Shown: positions 1-8,689, counted from the first letter of the stretch. The stretch is DNA of 11,264 bases from Candidatus Baldrarchaeum yapensis (GCA_016840465.1 JAEOSH010000063.1:1-11264); one strand, 5' to 3'. Made by a program: numbers and translations. Notes: generated by a model not told the origin, from the letters alone.

Positions 1-4
1 CAGC

Positions 5-913
5 ATGTGTAATATTAGCGGCCCGGTGGTAATAGAGCCCGGCGGGAACATTTCTCTTCTAATTAATGGTACGGCAGTCACTCGTGTTGGTTTGCATCCG
101 GTATTTACGGTGGTGCGGTACAGCTACGAACTTTCAGGAGAGACCGTTCACACATGGACGCACTCTAACACAATATTAGGGTTCGTATTCCCGCCAATTG
201 AGAGAATTAACCTAACTTCTTGCCCGAAGCCATTCCCCGAGCCTGAAATTGTCATAGACAAGAATGTAGACATAAATTACAACAACGTCACCGTGCATCT
301 GAATGTTACGAACATGGGAGACGACACGGCGGTGCTGACGATCGTTGAGTACACCTCATGTGGTGACATCATTGCTGGCGATGTTACCGAGTGGAGTGAG
401 GGAATCCTAGAAAAGGGCAAGATGCTATGGCCCACTGAGGAAGGATGGTCGGTTATGAAGTTTGTCAGGGTGCGTCATGTTGTCCTGGAGCCCGGTGAGA
501 GTTTCACGATGACCTACTGGTATGTAATAAACGTTACTGGTCCGACGGAGATAATCGTACCAGCGACCGTTGTGCTATACGTGTCGAGGTACTCGCTAAT
601 GAGGGTGAACGTTACCACCAGTGAGGCGAGAGTGGCTGAAGAGAGCGGCATGAAATCGCTTGAGGAAACGTATTCGACCAAGGGGCTCATGAACATACTT
701 TCGCTCCCAACGAGCACCATAATGCAGGGCGAAGAGACCGAGAACTCGTGGGTTGTGTATAGCAATGCACTGGTCGAGGTTGTAGAACCCACACCGACCG
801 GCAAGGCAGCGCCGACCCCTACACAGGTTCCATGGCGACTCATAGGACTAGTTATTGGTATAGTGGTAATAGCGGTGGTAATTGCGATCTTCATGAGGAG
901 AAGGAGATTCTAA
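5..913 (+). CDS. Membrane-anchored cell-surface protein, C-terminal part (Ig-like/DUF11-CARDB-like beta domains, Pro/Thr linker, C-terminal TM helix); probably 5'-truncated by the window
   Basis: Frame is open from position 2, with no signal peptide in view. Beta-rich sequence includes IVIDKNV...VTVHLNVTNMGD (DUF11-like). Eight N-X-S/T sequons. Ends EPTPTGKAAPTPT-QVPWRLIGLVIGIVVIAVVIAIFM-RRRRF, stop TAA 911-913. Confidence 0.8.
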   Translation: MCNISGPVVIEPGGNISLLINGTAVTRVGLHPVFTVVRYSYELSGETVHTWTHSNTILGFVFPPIERINLTSCPKPFPEPEIVIDKNVDINYNNVTVHLNVTNMGDDTAVLTIVEYTSCGDIIAGDVTEWSEGILEKGKMLWPTEEGWSVMKFVRVRHVVLEPGESFTMTYWYVINVTGPTEIIVPATVVLYVSRYSLMRVNVTTSEARVAEESGMKSLEETYSTKGLMNILSLPTSTIMQGEETENSWVVYSNALVEVVEPTPTGKAAPTPTQVPWRLIGLVIGIVVIAVVIAIFMRRRRF

Positions 914-933
914 TCGTATTTTATAATCACTCC

Positions 934-942
934 TTTATTTTT
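934..942 (+). terminator. Possible oligo-T archaeal terminator
   Basis: TTTATTTTT about 20 nt after the stop of the surface-protein gene. Confidence 0.3.
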
Positions 943-1183
943 GCTTACGTTATCTGATACACTGCCCTGCTTTCTGTCAAATGACATCTCGCTACCTAAT
1001 TTTATAATTGCTCTTTCCGCAACCTACGAATTCATAGGCTATGGATTTATAGGCCACATAGGATGAGCATGAGGTGCTAGTTGCACTAGATATAGGAAGT
1101 ACGCCGAATACCTGAGCAAGCAATGCCGAAAGTCTTAGAAGCTATCCCCGATACGGGCCATATTCTGATTCCATTAGTAGTTA

Positions 1184-1198
1184 AAGAAAGTTTTATAG
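1184..1198 (+). promoter_or_regulatory. BRE/TATA promoter candidate for lysS
   Basis: Purine-rich AAGAAAG (1184-1190) directly followed by TTTTATAG (1191-1198). GGTGAG SD-like motif lies just upstream of the TTG start at 1260. Confidence 0.5.
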
Positions 1199-1259
1199 GG
1201 AGAGCACGTTTGTAGAAGCACTTAAGGGTCTGAAAGCGTGGAGCAAGCGGTGAGGGTTC

Positions 1260-2756
1260 TTGCCAGAGGAAAGAGAGGATTTCATTGCGATGATGAAGAA
1301 GCGCGAGGAACTCATCCAGATGGGCGTAAACCCGTATCCACATAAGTACGAAATCACCCACTCCGTCCCGGAGATCGTTAGGGACAACGCCACCAATATC
1401 GTTTACAAGGGCGACCTGAGCACGGCGGGCAGGGTCTTTGCGATCAGGAGGCACGGAAAAAGCACCTTCGTGGATATAGTTGACGAGGGGGTCAGGCTGC
1501 AAATATACCTTAAGGCGGATGTGCTGGGTGACAAGTACCGCTTCTTTCTGAAGTACGTCAGGCGTGGAGACTTCATAGGTGTGCGCGGCGAACTTTTCAG
1601 GACGAAGACGGGGGAGCTCACATTGCTGGTCAAGGACTTCACAATATTGTGTAAGGCCTTATACACGCTTCCGAGAGAGTGGTACGGCCTCAAGGACATA
1701 AGGGAGAGGTACAAGAGGAGGTATCTCGACCTCCTACTGAACGAGCGGGTCAGGCGGACGTTCATCCTCAGGAGCAGGATAATTTCCGAGATAAGGAGAT
1801 ACTTGGAGGAGAGAGGGTTCATAGAGGTCGAAACGCCGATAATTCAGCCCGTGTACGGCGGTGCTGCGGCCAGACCCTTTACAACGTATGTAAATGCGCT
1901 GGGAGAGAACAGATACCTTAGAATCTCGCCGGAGCTGTACCTGAAGCGGCTCATAATCGGTGGCCTGAACAAGGTGTTCGAGATAGGGAAGAACTTCCGG
2001 AACGAGGACATAGATGCATTGCACAATCCGGAGTTTACGTCATTGGAGGTGTATGAGGCATACGCCGACTACAACGACATGATGAGGCTGACGGAGGACA
2101 TGATATCGACGGTTGCGAAGCGGGTTCTCGGGACCACGAAGATAAAGTGCCCGATTTACACTGAGGAGGGAGAGATGAAGGAGGTGGAGATAGATCTTTC
2201 ACCACCTTGGAGAAGGATAAAGATGTACGACGCGATAAAGATGTACACGCCTCATCACCTCGACGTGCGGGAGGCCACCGACGAGGAACTCATGGAGGAA
2301 CTCGAGAAGTTGGGCATTACCCTCAGGGGTGGGTACAACCGGGGGCTCGCGATAGAGAAAATATTCGAGGCCTACTGCGAGAAGCATCTGATACGGCCGA
2401 CGTTCGTAATGGATTACCCCAAGGAGACGTCCCCGCTGTGCAAACCCCATAGAGAGGATCCTACGCTGATAGAAAGATTTGAGGCGTTCATTGCGGGAAT
2501 GGAGATTGCAAACGCGTACACAGAACTCAACGACCCTGTCCTGCAGGAGCAGTTCTTCATGGAACAGCAGGAGAGGAAGATGCGCGGCGACGTGGAGGCG
2601 CATGAATACGATGAGGAGTTTGTGGAGGCCCTCAGATACGGAATGCCTCCCACTGGCGGCCTAGGGATAGGGATCGACCGGCTCGTGATGATATTAACGG
2701 GGTGCCCAAGCATCAAGGAGGTAATACTTTTCCCCATGCTCAGAAGAGAGGAGTAA
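1260..2756 (+). CDS. lysS: Lysine--tRNA ligase, class II (LysRS2)
   Basis: N-terminal OB-fold (GVNPYP...AGRV..IRRHGK..F...GDFIGVRG..FRTKTGELT); motif 1 FIEVETP; LRISPELYLKRLIIGG; motif 2 FRNED; HNPEFT; motif 3 GLGIGIDRL. An in-frame TGA at 1251 makes TTG 1260 the earliest start. Confidence 0.97.
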   Translation: MPEEREDFIAMMKKREELIQMGVNPYPHKYEITHSVPEIVRDNATNIVYKGDLSTAGRVFAIRRHGKSTFVDIVDEGVRLQIYLKADVLGDKYRFFLKYVRRGDFIGVRGELFRTKTGELTLLVKDFTILCKALYTLPREWYGLKDIRERYKRRYLDLLLNERVRRTFILRSRIISEIRRYLEERGFIEVETPIIQPVYGGAAARPFTTYVNALGENRYLRISPELYLKRLIIGGLNKVFEIGKNFRNEDIDALHNPEFTSLEVYEAYADYNDMMRLTEDMISTVAKRVLGTTKIKCPIYTEEGEMKEVEIDLSPPWRRIKMYDAIKMYTPHHLDVREATDEELMEELEKLGITLRGGYNRGLAIEKIFEAYCEKHLIRPTFVMDYPKETSPLCKPHREDPTLIERFEAFIAGMEIANAYTELNDPVLQEQFFMEQQERKMRGDVEAHEYDEEFVEALRYGMPPTGGLGIGIDRLVMILTGCPSIKEVILFPMLRREE

Positions 2757-2768
2757 CGACGGCAGACG

Positions 2769-2774
2769 TTTTTT
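2769..2774 (+). terminator. Possible oligo-T terminator after lysS
   Basis: T6 run 12 nt after the lysS stop. Confidence 0.3.
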
Positions 2775-2951
2775 CTAGTTACAGACGGGGAGTTCGACCA
2801 ATGAACTTAAACTTCATTTTTGGTGACGAAAAGTTCCATAATTGTTTTTACCAGAATATTTCCCCCGAATCGCCATTCGGTGGACCATATTAGTAACAAT
2901 TATTAATCGATCGGAAATTATGATTGCAAAAGAGCATCGGAAGGGAATGAC

Positions 2952-3683
2952 ATGGAGATTGCCGTGGAGGTTCGTGATCTTACGAAGATTTTCGGGCGTA
3001 AGATTGCGGTGAACAAGATATCCTTCGAAGTTGAGAAGGGCGAGATTTTCGGACTTATAGGGCCGAATGGTGCCGGTAAAACGACAACTCTCAGAATTCT
3101 CGCTACCATCCTCAAACCGACTGCCGGTACTGCCAAAATATTCGGCTTGGACGTCGTAAAGGATGCGGATATGGTCAGGAAGATGATAAGTTACCTTCCG
3201 GAGGAGGCAGGTGTTTACAAGAACCTCACGGGGCTCGAGTACTTGAGGTTTATGGCATCATTTCACTCCTCCTCGGAGGAAGAAGTCCAAAGAATGGTGG
3301 ATGAGGCCGCTGAAATCTCGGGGCTTGGAGACAGATTGCACGATAAGACCAAGACCTATAGTAAGGGTATGAAACGGAGATTGCTTGTTGCAAGAGCCCT
3401 TATGGCAAAGTCGCCGCTCGTCATACTTGATGAGCCCACGAGCGGGCTCGATGTGATGCATGCGGTTCACATAAGGGACATCATCAGAAATTACGCGCAT
3501 AAGTACGGAATGACTGTGCTTCTTTCCAGCCACAACATGCTGGAAGTAGAGTATCTCTGCGATAGGATAGCGATCATAGATAGAGGAAAGATAGTTCTGG
3601 AGGGAGGGCCATCGGAGTTAAAGGAGAAGTTTGGGGTTTCGAATCTTGAAGAATTGTTTGTGAGGGTGGTGAGAGGTGCTTAA
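2952..3683 (+). CDS. ABC exporter ATP-binding subunit (COG1131/NatA-like)
   Basis: Walker A GPNGAGKT, signature YSKGM, Walker B VILDEPTSGLD, H-loop SSH. Confidence 0.95.
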   Translation: MEIAVEVRDLTKIFGRKIAVNKISFEVEKGEIFGLIGPNGAGKTTTLRILATILKPTAGTAKIFGLDVVKDADMVRKMISYLPEEAGVYKNLTGLEYLRFMASFHSSSEEEVQRMVDEAAEISGLGDRLHDKTKTYSKGMKRRLLVARALMAKSPLVILDEPTSGLDVMHAVHIRDIIRNYAHKYGMTVLLSSHNMLEVEYLCDRIAIIDRGKIVLEGGPSELKEKFGVSNLEELFVRVVRGA

Positions 3684-4983
3684 GGATCTCAAAACGATAA
3701 TGCTGAAGGAGATAAAGGAGATCCTGCGCGATCCTCACATGTTTATCGGAATGATCCTTGTGCCGCTCCTCATGTTCCCGCTACTCGGAATGACGATGGT
3801 AGTATCGACGGAAATGATGATGCCATCCGAGGAGATAAGGATAGGAGTTCTGAACCTAGACCAAGGAAATGTTTCGAAAATATTCGTAGAATTCTTAAAG
3901 GAAGTGCCTAACATTACAGTTGTGGACCTGAACGAGAAAGGTATCTCGAATGTCGACGATGCAAAAAAATTCTGTATCGAAAATGGAATTCTTGTGTTCA
4001 TAGTTGTGCCAAAAGGATTTTCGGATAACATGCTGAACGGGCGACCCGTGATCATCGACATATATGCGATAATGGAGGAGCATGGTAAGACCACCGACAT
4101 AAGCAACGCGTTCAGCGTTGCGACGGAAATTTCGAGAACAGCCTTCGATAAAACCCTGTCCTATTTGCTGGTCGGCGACAAAGGTTCCGGGACATACGGA
4201 CTCGTCTATGTGAACCCTAAGACCATAGTGAAGGGCAATGTTTTAAACGCGTCCCCAGATGTTATTAGTGGAATTTACTTCTCCCAAGTGTTCACAATAC
4301 CCCTCATCCTCATGGTACTGCTCATCTTCGTGGTACAGATAGCCGCGGTGTCGATAGCATCCGAGAAGGAACAGAAGACCCTAGAGACCCTACTATCCCT
4401 ACCGGTGGACAGGAAGATGATCCTGCTCGGTAAGCTGACCGGCTCTATCATAGTTGCAATTGTGGGGGCACTGGGCTACCTAGTGGGTTTCAATCTCTAC
4501 ATCTCAATGGTCACGAGCAAACTAGCAGAGGATGTACCAATGATAAGGCCCGAGGATGTCGGATTTGCGATCACGCCGGTGGGTTACATAATCCTCGGAA
4601 TCACAATATTCCTGACGATACTTGTGGTTTTGTCCATGGCGATAATAATCGCCGCACCCGCCGAGGACATAAGAGGGGCACAGTCGATAAGCGGCTTTTT
4701 GATATTGCCAATGGTAGTGTTCTCAATATTCTTAGCGTTTGCATCGTTTGAGATCTCCGAGGAACTCAAATTGGCCCTAGTCTTTATTCCCTTCGCGACG
4801 CCCACAATCACGACGATAGAGCTCATGAGCGGCAAATACTGGATCCCACTTGTCGGCATAGTTGCGATGCTGATAGAGGCGGTGATATTCCTCTACGTGG
4901 CGACATGGTTTTTCACAAGTGAGAAGTTGATAACCATGCGAATAACACTTGGCAGGAAGAGAGAGGTCATTGAGGAGGAATAA
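3676..4983 (+). CDS. ABC-2 type exporter permease (NatB-like)
   Basis: N-terminal KEIKEILRD followed by a TM helix, a large extracytoplasmic loop, SIASEKEQKTLETLLSLPV, ILLGK and several C-terminal TM helices. Overlaps the ATPase stop by 8 nt (GTGCTTAA). Confidence 0.92.
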   Translation: MLKDLKTIMLKEIKEILRDPHMFIGMILVPLLMFPLLGMTMVVSTEMMMPSEEIRIGVLNLDQGNVSKIFVEFLKEVPNITVVDLNEKGISNVDDAKKFCIENGILVFIVVPKGFSDNMLNGRPVIIDIYAIMEEHGKTTDISNAFSVATEISRTAFDKTLSYLLVGDKGSGTYGLVYVNPKTIVKGNVLNASPDVISGIYFSQVFTIPLILMVLLIFVVQIAAVSIASEKEQKTLETLLSLPVDRKMILLGKLTGSIIVAIVGALGYLVGFNLYISMVTSKLAEDVPMIRPEDVGFAITPVGYIILGITIFLTILVVLSMAIIIAAPAEDIRGAQSISGFLILPMVVFSIFLAFASFEISEELKLALVFIPFATPTITTIELMSGKYWIPLVGIVAMLIEAVIFLYVATWFFTSEKLITMRITLGRKREVIEEE

Positions 4984-4987
4984 ACAG

Positions 4988-6199
4988 TCAATTATCACCA
5001 TTACCATATTTTATTTCGAATTTTTCGGCTCGTTCTAATGCAATCTCGACCATTCTTTCGATATCCAACTTTTGCTCCTCTTTCAAGACGACCCCCATTC
5101 TTGCTCGTGTAGATGGCCTCTTAGGAGCCGCAGCACACCCCTTCTCCTCCTCTGCAGAAATTTCGTAAGTTCCTATTCTTCGCGCCAGCCTTTCCGTTTC
5201 CACCTTTTCAAACGTTACAAGTGGTCTAATCACCGGTACGCCCTTTGTTGCTTCCTCTATTACCGCGAGATTATGTAAGGTCTGACTTGCCTGTTCCCCT
5301 ATTGCCTCTCCCGTAACTATTGCAACCGCCCCCTCCATTTCTGCAATTCTTTCCGCAACTCTATACATGACGCGCTTGCACAGCACACATGTGAGGTTGT
5401 CCATGCACTTATCCTTTATTTCTTGCAGGTTTTCGCCGTGCGGAACTATATAGACTCGCAGGGGAGTATTAAACATCCACTCGGAAAGTTTCCTCACAAG
5501 GCGCGTCACCTTATCTCTTGTCCGCTTATCTCCAAAGTCCCCTAGGTCGAAATGTAGGAACACGGGGATGCAACCACGACGCATCATAAGCCATGCGGCA
5601 ACGGGAGAATCTATGCCACCACTTATAAGGCAGACGACCCTCCCCTGAGATCCTATCGGGAATCCTCCCGGGCCTTCTATCGTTTCGAGGAAGATGAACG
5701 CTTTGTCCTCACGTATTTCGATTCCCATGGTGTACATCGGGTTTTCCAAATCAACTTTTAGGTTTAGATCTTTAAGTGAGGATAAAATTCTCTCTCCCAC
5801 GATTCTGTTCACATCAAGGCTCGTGTAGGGGTGCGTGCCAACTCTTCTACAGCGTACTGCAAACGTTGCATTCGGAATAAACTCTTCTTTTGCAAGGCTC
5901 ACACACACGTCCGCAATCTGATCGATGTCAGATGTTGTCGATATTGCGGGAGAAAAGGAGGAGATTCCAAACACCCTCGTCAGAAGTTCGGAGGCCTCGG
6001 ACGTCTCATTTGTAAAAAGATACGCCCGCCCGTAAGTGTACTCCAGTTTCTCAAACGAAACTGAGTGATGCTCCAAAAGCCTCCTTATGTAATCGCATAT
6101 CGACTTCTCATACCGCACCTTAACCCGCGGACTTTTCGTGCCGATCTCGCTGCCGAATCTTATTATTATGGCGTTATATTTTACTGGCAAGAAGTCCAC
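4988..6199 (-). CDS. thiI: tRNA 4-thiouridine synthase ThiI/TtuI (THUMP + PP-loop, Fe-S-type, no rhodanese domain)
   Basis: IIRFGSEIGTKS N-terminus; THUMP (TFAVRCRRVG..., VDLENP); PP-loop SGGIDS; CVLCKR (5378-5389); TGEAIGEQASQTLHNL; RPL; distal Cys in EKGC (5135-5137). GTG start. Confidence 0.95.
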   Translation of the reverse strand: MDFLPVKYNAIIIRFGSEIGTKSPRVKVRYEKSICDYIRRLLEHHSVSFEKLEYTYGRAYLFTNETSEASELLTRVFGISSFSPAISTTSDIDQIADVCVSLAKEEFIPNATFAVRCRRVGTHPYTSLDVNRIVGERILSSLKDLNLKVDLENPMYTMGIEIREDKAFIFLETIEGPGGFPIGSQGRVVCLISGGIDSPVAAWLMMRRGCIPVFLHFDLGDFGDKRTRDKVTRLVRKLSEWMFNTPLRVYIVPHGENLQEIKDKCMDNLTCVLCKRVMYRVAERIAEMEGAVAIVTGEAIGEQASQTLHNLAVIEEATKGVPVIRPLVTFEKVETERLARRIGTYEISAEEEKGCAAAPKRPSTRARMGVVLKEEQKLDIERMVEIALERAEKFEIKYGNGDN

Positions 6200-6202
6200 C
6201 CA

Positions 6203-7420
6203 TTACGAAACTTGGAGACCGTACTTCTCCGCGATTTCTATGAAGGCATTAGCGACGTACTTAACTTCGTCCCACGAGAGGCCGTAAGTGTTAAGTTTGA
6301 AGTGCTTGGTCATGCCAGGCTGTATTCCGACTATTTTCTTCTTCTTCAGTTCATGGTACAGGAAGTAACCCTTACGCTTGTGCTTCTGTGATATCTTGAA
6401 GAAACCCTCGCTTTCTATGTGTATCAACGTGTGTTCTTTGGGCTTTACTCCGAGTTGTCTCGTCCCCTCGATTCTCTCCATCTGTTCCACCAAGTACCTT
6501 GCTTTCTCAACCTCTTCGCTCCACCTTTTTACTCTCTCGACAACGTGCGGGAATGACGCCATGAGACTCACTATAGGCGCACCCATCACCGTACATCCGA
6601 GAAGTGCCAGTTCTTTCTGAGGAAAAGATCTCCCACTCCAATCTCCCACTATCTTCGACCTCGCCAGTATTATCTTCGCCATCTCCTCAGTCATTGCGAG
6701 TATTCCCGTCGGGGCGGATGCCGCCCAACTCTTATGCCCGCTTCCAACAAGGACGTCCACCTCCAACTCTTTACCATTTATAGGCATCAATCCGGCCGTG
6801 TATGCTGCATTTAACACAAAAGGAACATCGTAATCATGCGCTATCCTTGCCACCTTCTTAGCGTCATTGAGGTTCCCGTACTGGTAGTCGACGTGGGTCA
6901 GTAGGACTGCGACGGGGTATTCCCCTGTTTCCCTCTTCACCTCCTCTATCTTCTCGGCGTACACGTCCAAGTCCACTCTATACTCGGGGTAACCGCTGTT
7001 CGGAACCTCCTTTATCCTGAGCCCTGCCAGTTCGGCAGCAAGATATGTGGAGTAGTGCGCAAGGCTGTCTATCACGACATAACCGTCCTTTACTCCCCTG
7101 TGCCTCGCGAGCATGAGAAATGTTATGAACTTGGCCTCGCGGCACCTTGTCACTATACGCACCACATCCATTCCCAGAAATCTGGCCATGTCTTCGAGAA
7201 ACTGCTTTATGGGTGGCCTTTCTATCATATCAAGACGGGGAGTCTTGGCAGGGCACCAATCACAGACAGAGTATCCGTCACCAAATTCCAAAATCGCCCT
7301 TCTTGCCTCTTCGGTGAGTACACCACCGCGTTGTATTGGGTTTAAATTAATGTAGCCCGGCTTTGTAAACTCCCTCGTCAGATTTGTATACCTTTGTAGG
7401 TTCTGCTTTGGTATTTCCAC
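6203..7420 (-). CDS. pscS: O-phospho-L-seryl-tRNA:Cys-tRNA synthase (SepCysS)
   Basis: INLNPIQRGG, GDGYSVCDWC, LAHYSTYLAAE, LTHVDYQYGN, LNAAYT, PLP-lysine motif SGHKS, LLGCT, LMASFPHVVERVKRW. GTG start preceded by GAGGGGGT. Confidence 0.95.
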   Translation of the reverse strand: MEIPKQNLQRYTNLTREFTKPGYINLNPIQRGGVLTEEARRAILEFGDGYSVCDWCPAKTPRLDMIERPPIKQFLEDMARFLGMDVVRIVTRCREAKFITFLMLARHRGVKDGYVVIDSLAHYSTYLAAELAGLRIKEVPNSGYPEYRVDLDVYAEKIEEVKRETGEYPVAVLLTHVDYQYGNLNDAKKVARIAHDYDVPFVLNAAYTAGLMPINGKELEVDVLVGSGHKSWAASAPTGILAMTEEMAKIILARSKIVGDWSGRSFPQKELALLGCTVMGAPIVSLMASFPHVVERVKRWSEEVEKARYLVEQMERIEGTRQLGVKPKEHTLIHIESEGFFKISQKHKRKGYFLYHELKKKKIVGIQPGMTKHFKLNTYGLSWDEVKYVANAFIEIAEKYGLQVS

Positions 7421-7480
7421 CGCGATACCCCCTCGTTTCTGACCTTATATTCTCTCCTTAGGAACTATAAAAGGGTATAC
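7421..7480. promoter_or_regulatory. Compact divergent promoter region between pscS and the PP-loop gene
   Basis: Minus-strand TTTTATAG (7472-7465), the same 8-mer as the lysS TATA candidate. Plus-strand TTATAT (7445-7450). Central near-palindrome TCCT-T-AGGA (7455-7463). Confidence 0.5.
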
Positions 7481-8689
7481 TTGATGCACGGGACAGCTAT
7501 CGAATGCAGGCGCTGTCCACTTGACGACTCATTCGGAGACTTCCTAGCGGTCGTTGAGGGAGATATGAAGTTCAGGCTTACTAGGGTGAAAGTTTCTCCG
7601 CAGAGCGGATTGTGTAACCTTTGCGAAAGATTCCTCAGGGACGCGGGGAGGTTTTTCGAACTCAGAGATTTGGCAAGACGAGAAATGAGGAAGTTGTTCG
7701 AGCGCGTGAGAAAGGAAGGTCACCAATACGATGCAGTTGTCCTTCTAAGCGGAGGCAAGGACAGTTGTGCGGCTCTTATTCTCGCAAAGGAACGGTACAA
7801 GCTAAATGTGGTTGCCGCCAGCGTAGATAACGGATTCAGAATACCCGAGGCTGCCGAGAACATAGAGAATCTTACAGATAATCTTGGTGTGGACCTTATA
7901 ACATTCAAAATCCCGAGATCCCTCACAAAGAAACTGTTCCGGGTGTGCTTCGAGATCGGAGATCCGTGTGGGCTCTGCCAGACGCTCGTAGGCCCACCCA
8001 TCATGGCGAGAATTCAAATGAAGATGGGCATACCGATCAGAATTCTGGGCACAGATCTGGCGCAAGTCTATCACGAGTTTTTCATGCAACTGGATTACTG
8101 GAGAAAGAAAATAGGCATGGAGAATCCCTTTCTCTTCCGCCTATATAGCAACGATTACAAGATTTATGAGCGGAGATACGAACAGTACATCGATCTTCTG
8201 CGTAGAGAAATGCTTTCTGAGGCGTCGACCCTCTACGTGAGAGAACTTGAGCGCATTTACAAAGACCTTAGAAAGTACTGGCTGTCACCTGGAGAACTAT
8301 CTGAATTCTCACAGGAGAATTTTGTAAACGTGTACCTTACCGCCATGGAGATTACAGATTACTCCCAACAGAAAAAAATCCTCGAAAGGTACGGTTTTCA
8401 ATTGTCACCCGTATTCGGAGAACACGTATCCACAGATTGTAAGGTTGCGGCGGTTGCACAGTCCCTCTATACCGAGAAAATGTGGAAGGCCTTGAACTCC
8501 TGGAAGTGTCGGGTAGGCCTCATTTCCAAGCACGAAGTGCTGAACCTGATGAGAAATCGGCGGGCCCCTATTCCCACGATCAGAGAGTTCTTCGAAGAAA
8601 TAGGCGTGAAAAACATAAGGAATGTGTGGCAGCGAGCGTGGCTATATCAGGTGTTTGATAAGGATATTTTAGCGAGGATCTTTATGTGA
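7481..8689 (+). CDS. Cys-rich PP-loop (adenine nucleotide alpha hydrolase) enzyme, WbuX/N-acetyl-sugar-amidotransferase-like fold; substrate unknown
   Basis: N-terminal CRRC (aa 9-12) and CNLC (45-48); YDAVVLLSGGKDS; VDNGF..EAAENIENL; GDPCGLC (163-166); STDC (C320); RVGLISKHEVL. Start is TTG 7481 or ATG 7484. Confidence 0.8.
   Translation: MMHGTAIECRRCPLDDSFGDFLAVVEGDMKFRLTRVKVSPQSGLCNLCERFLRDAGRFFELRDLARREMRKLFERVRKEGHQYDAVVLLSGGKDSCAALILAKERYKLNVVAASVDNGFRIPEAAENIENLTDNLGVDLITFKIPRSLTKKLFRVCFEIGDPCGLCQTLVGPPIMARIQMKMGIPIRILGTDLAQVYHEFFMQLDYWRKKIGMENPFLFRLYSNDYKIYERRYEQYIDLLRREMLSEASTLYVRELERIYKDLRKYWLSPGELSEFSQENFVNVYLTAMEITDYSQQKKILERYGFQLSPVFGEHVSTDCKVAAVAQSLYTEKMWKALNSWKCRVGLISKHEVLNLMRNRRAPIPTIREFFEEIGVKNIRNVWQRAWLYQVFDKDILARIFM

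Noticed and set aside
1023-1215. Palindromes CCTACGAATTCATAGG (1023-1038) and CTAGTTGCACTAG (1077-1089), and a 30-aa ORF at 1123-1215 upstream of lysS
   Set aside because: Short and imperfect. The ORF overlaps the likely lysS TATA box and has no convincing domain.
1260-2756. EpmA/PoxA-like LysRS paralogue
   Set aside because: The full N-terminal anticodon-binding OB-fold is present, so this is a genuine LysRS2.
4981-4990. Convergent stops of the permease and thiI only 4 nt apart, as an antisense-regulation signal
   Set aside because: Tight convergent packing is common in compact archaeal genomes.
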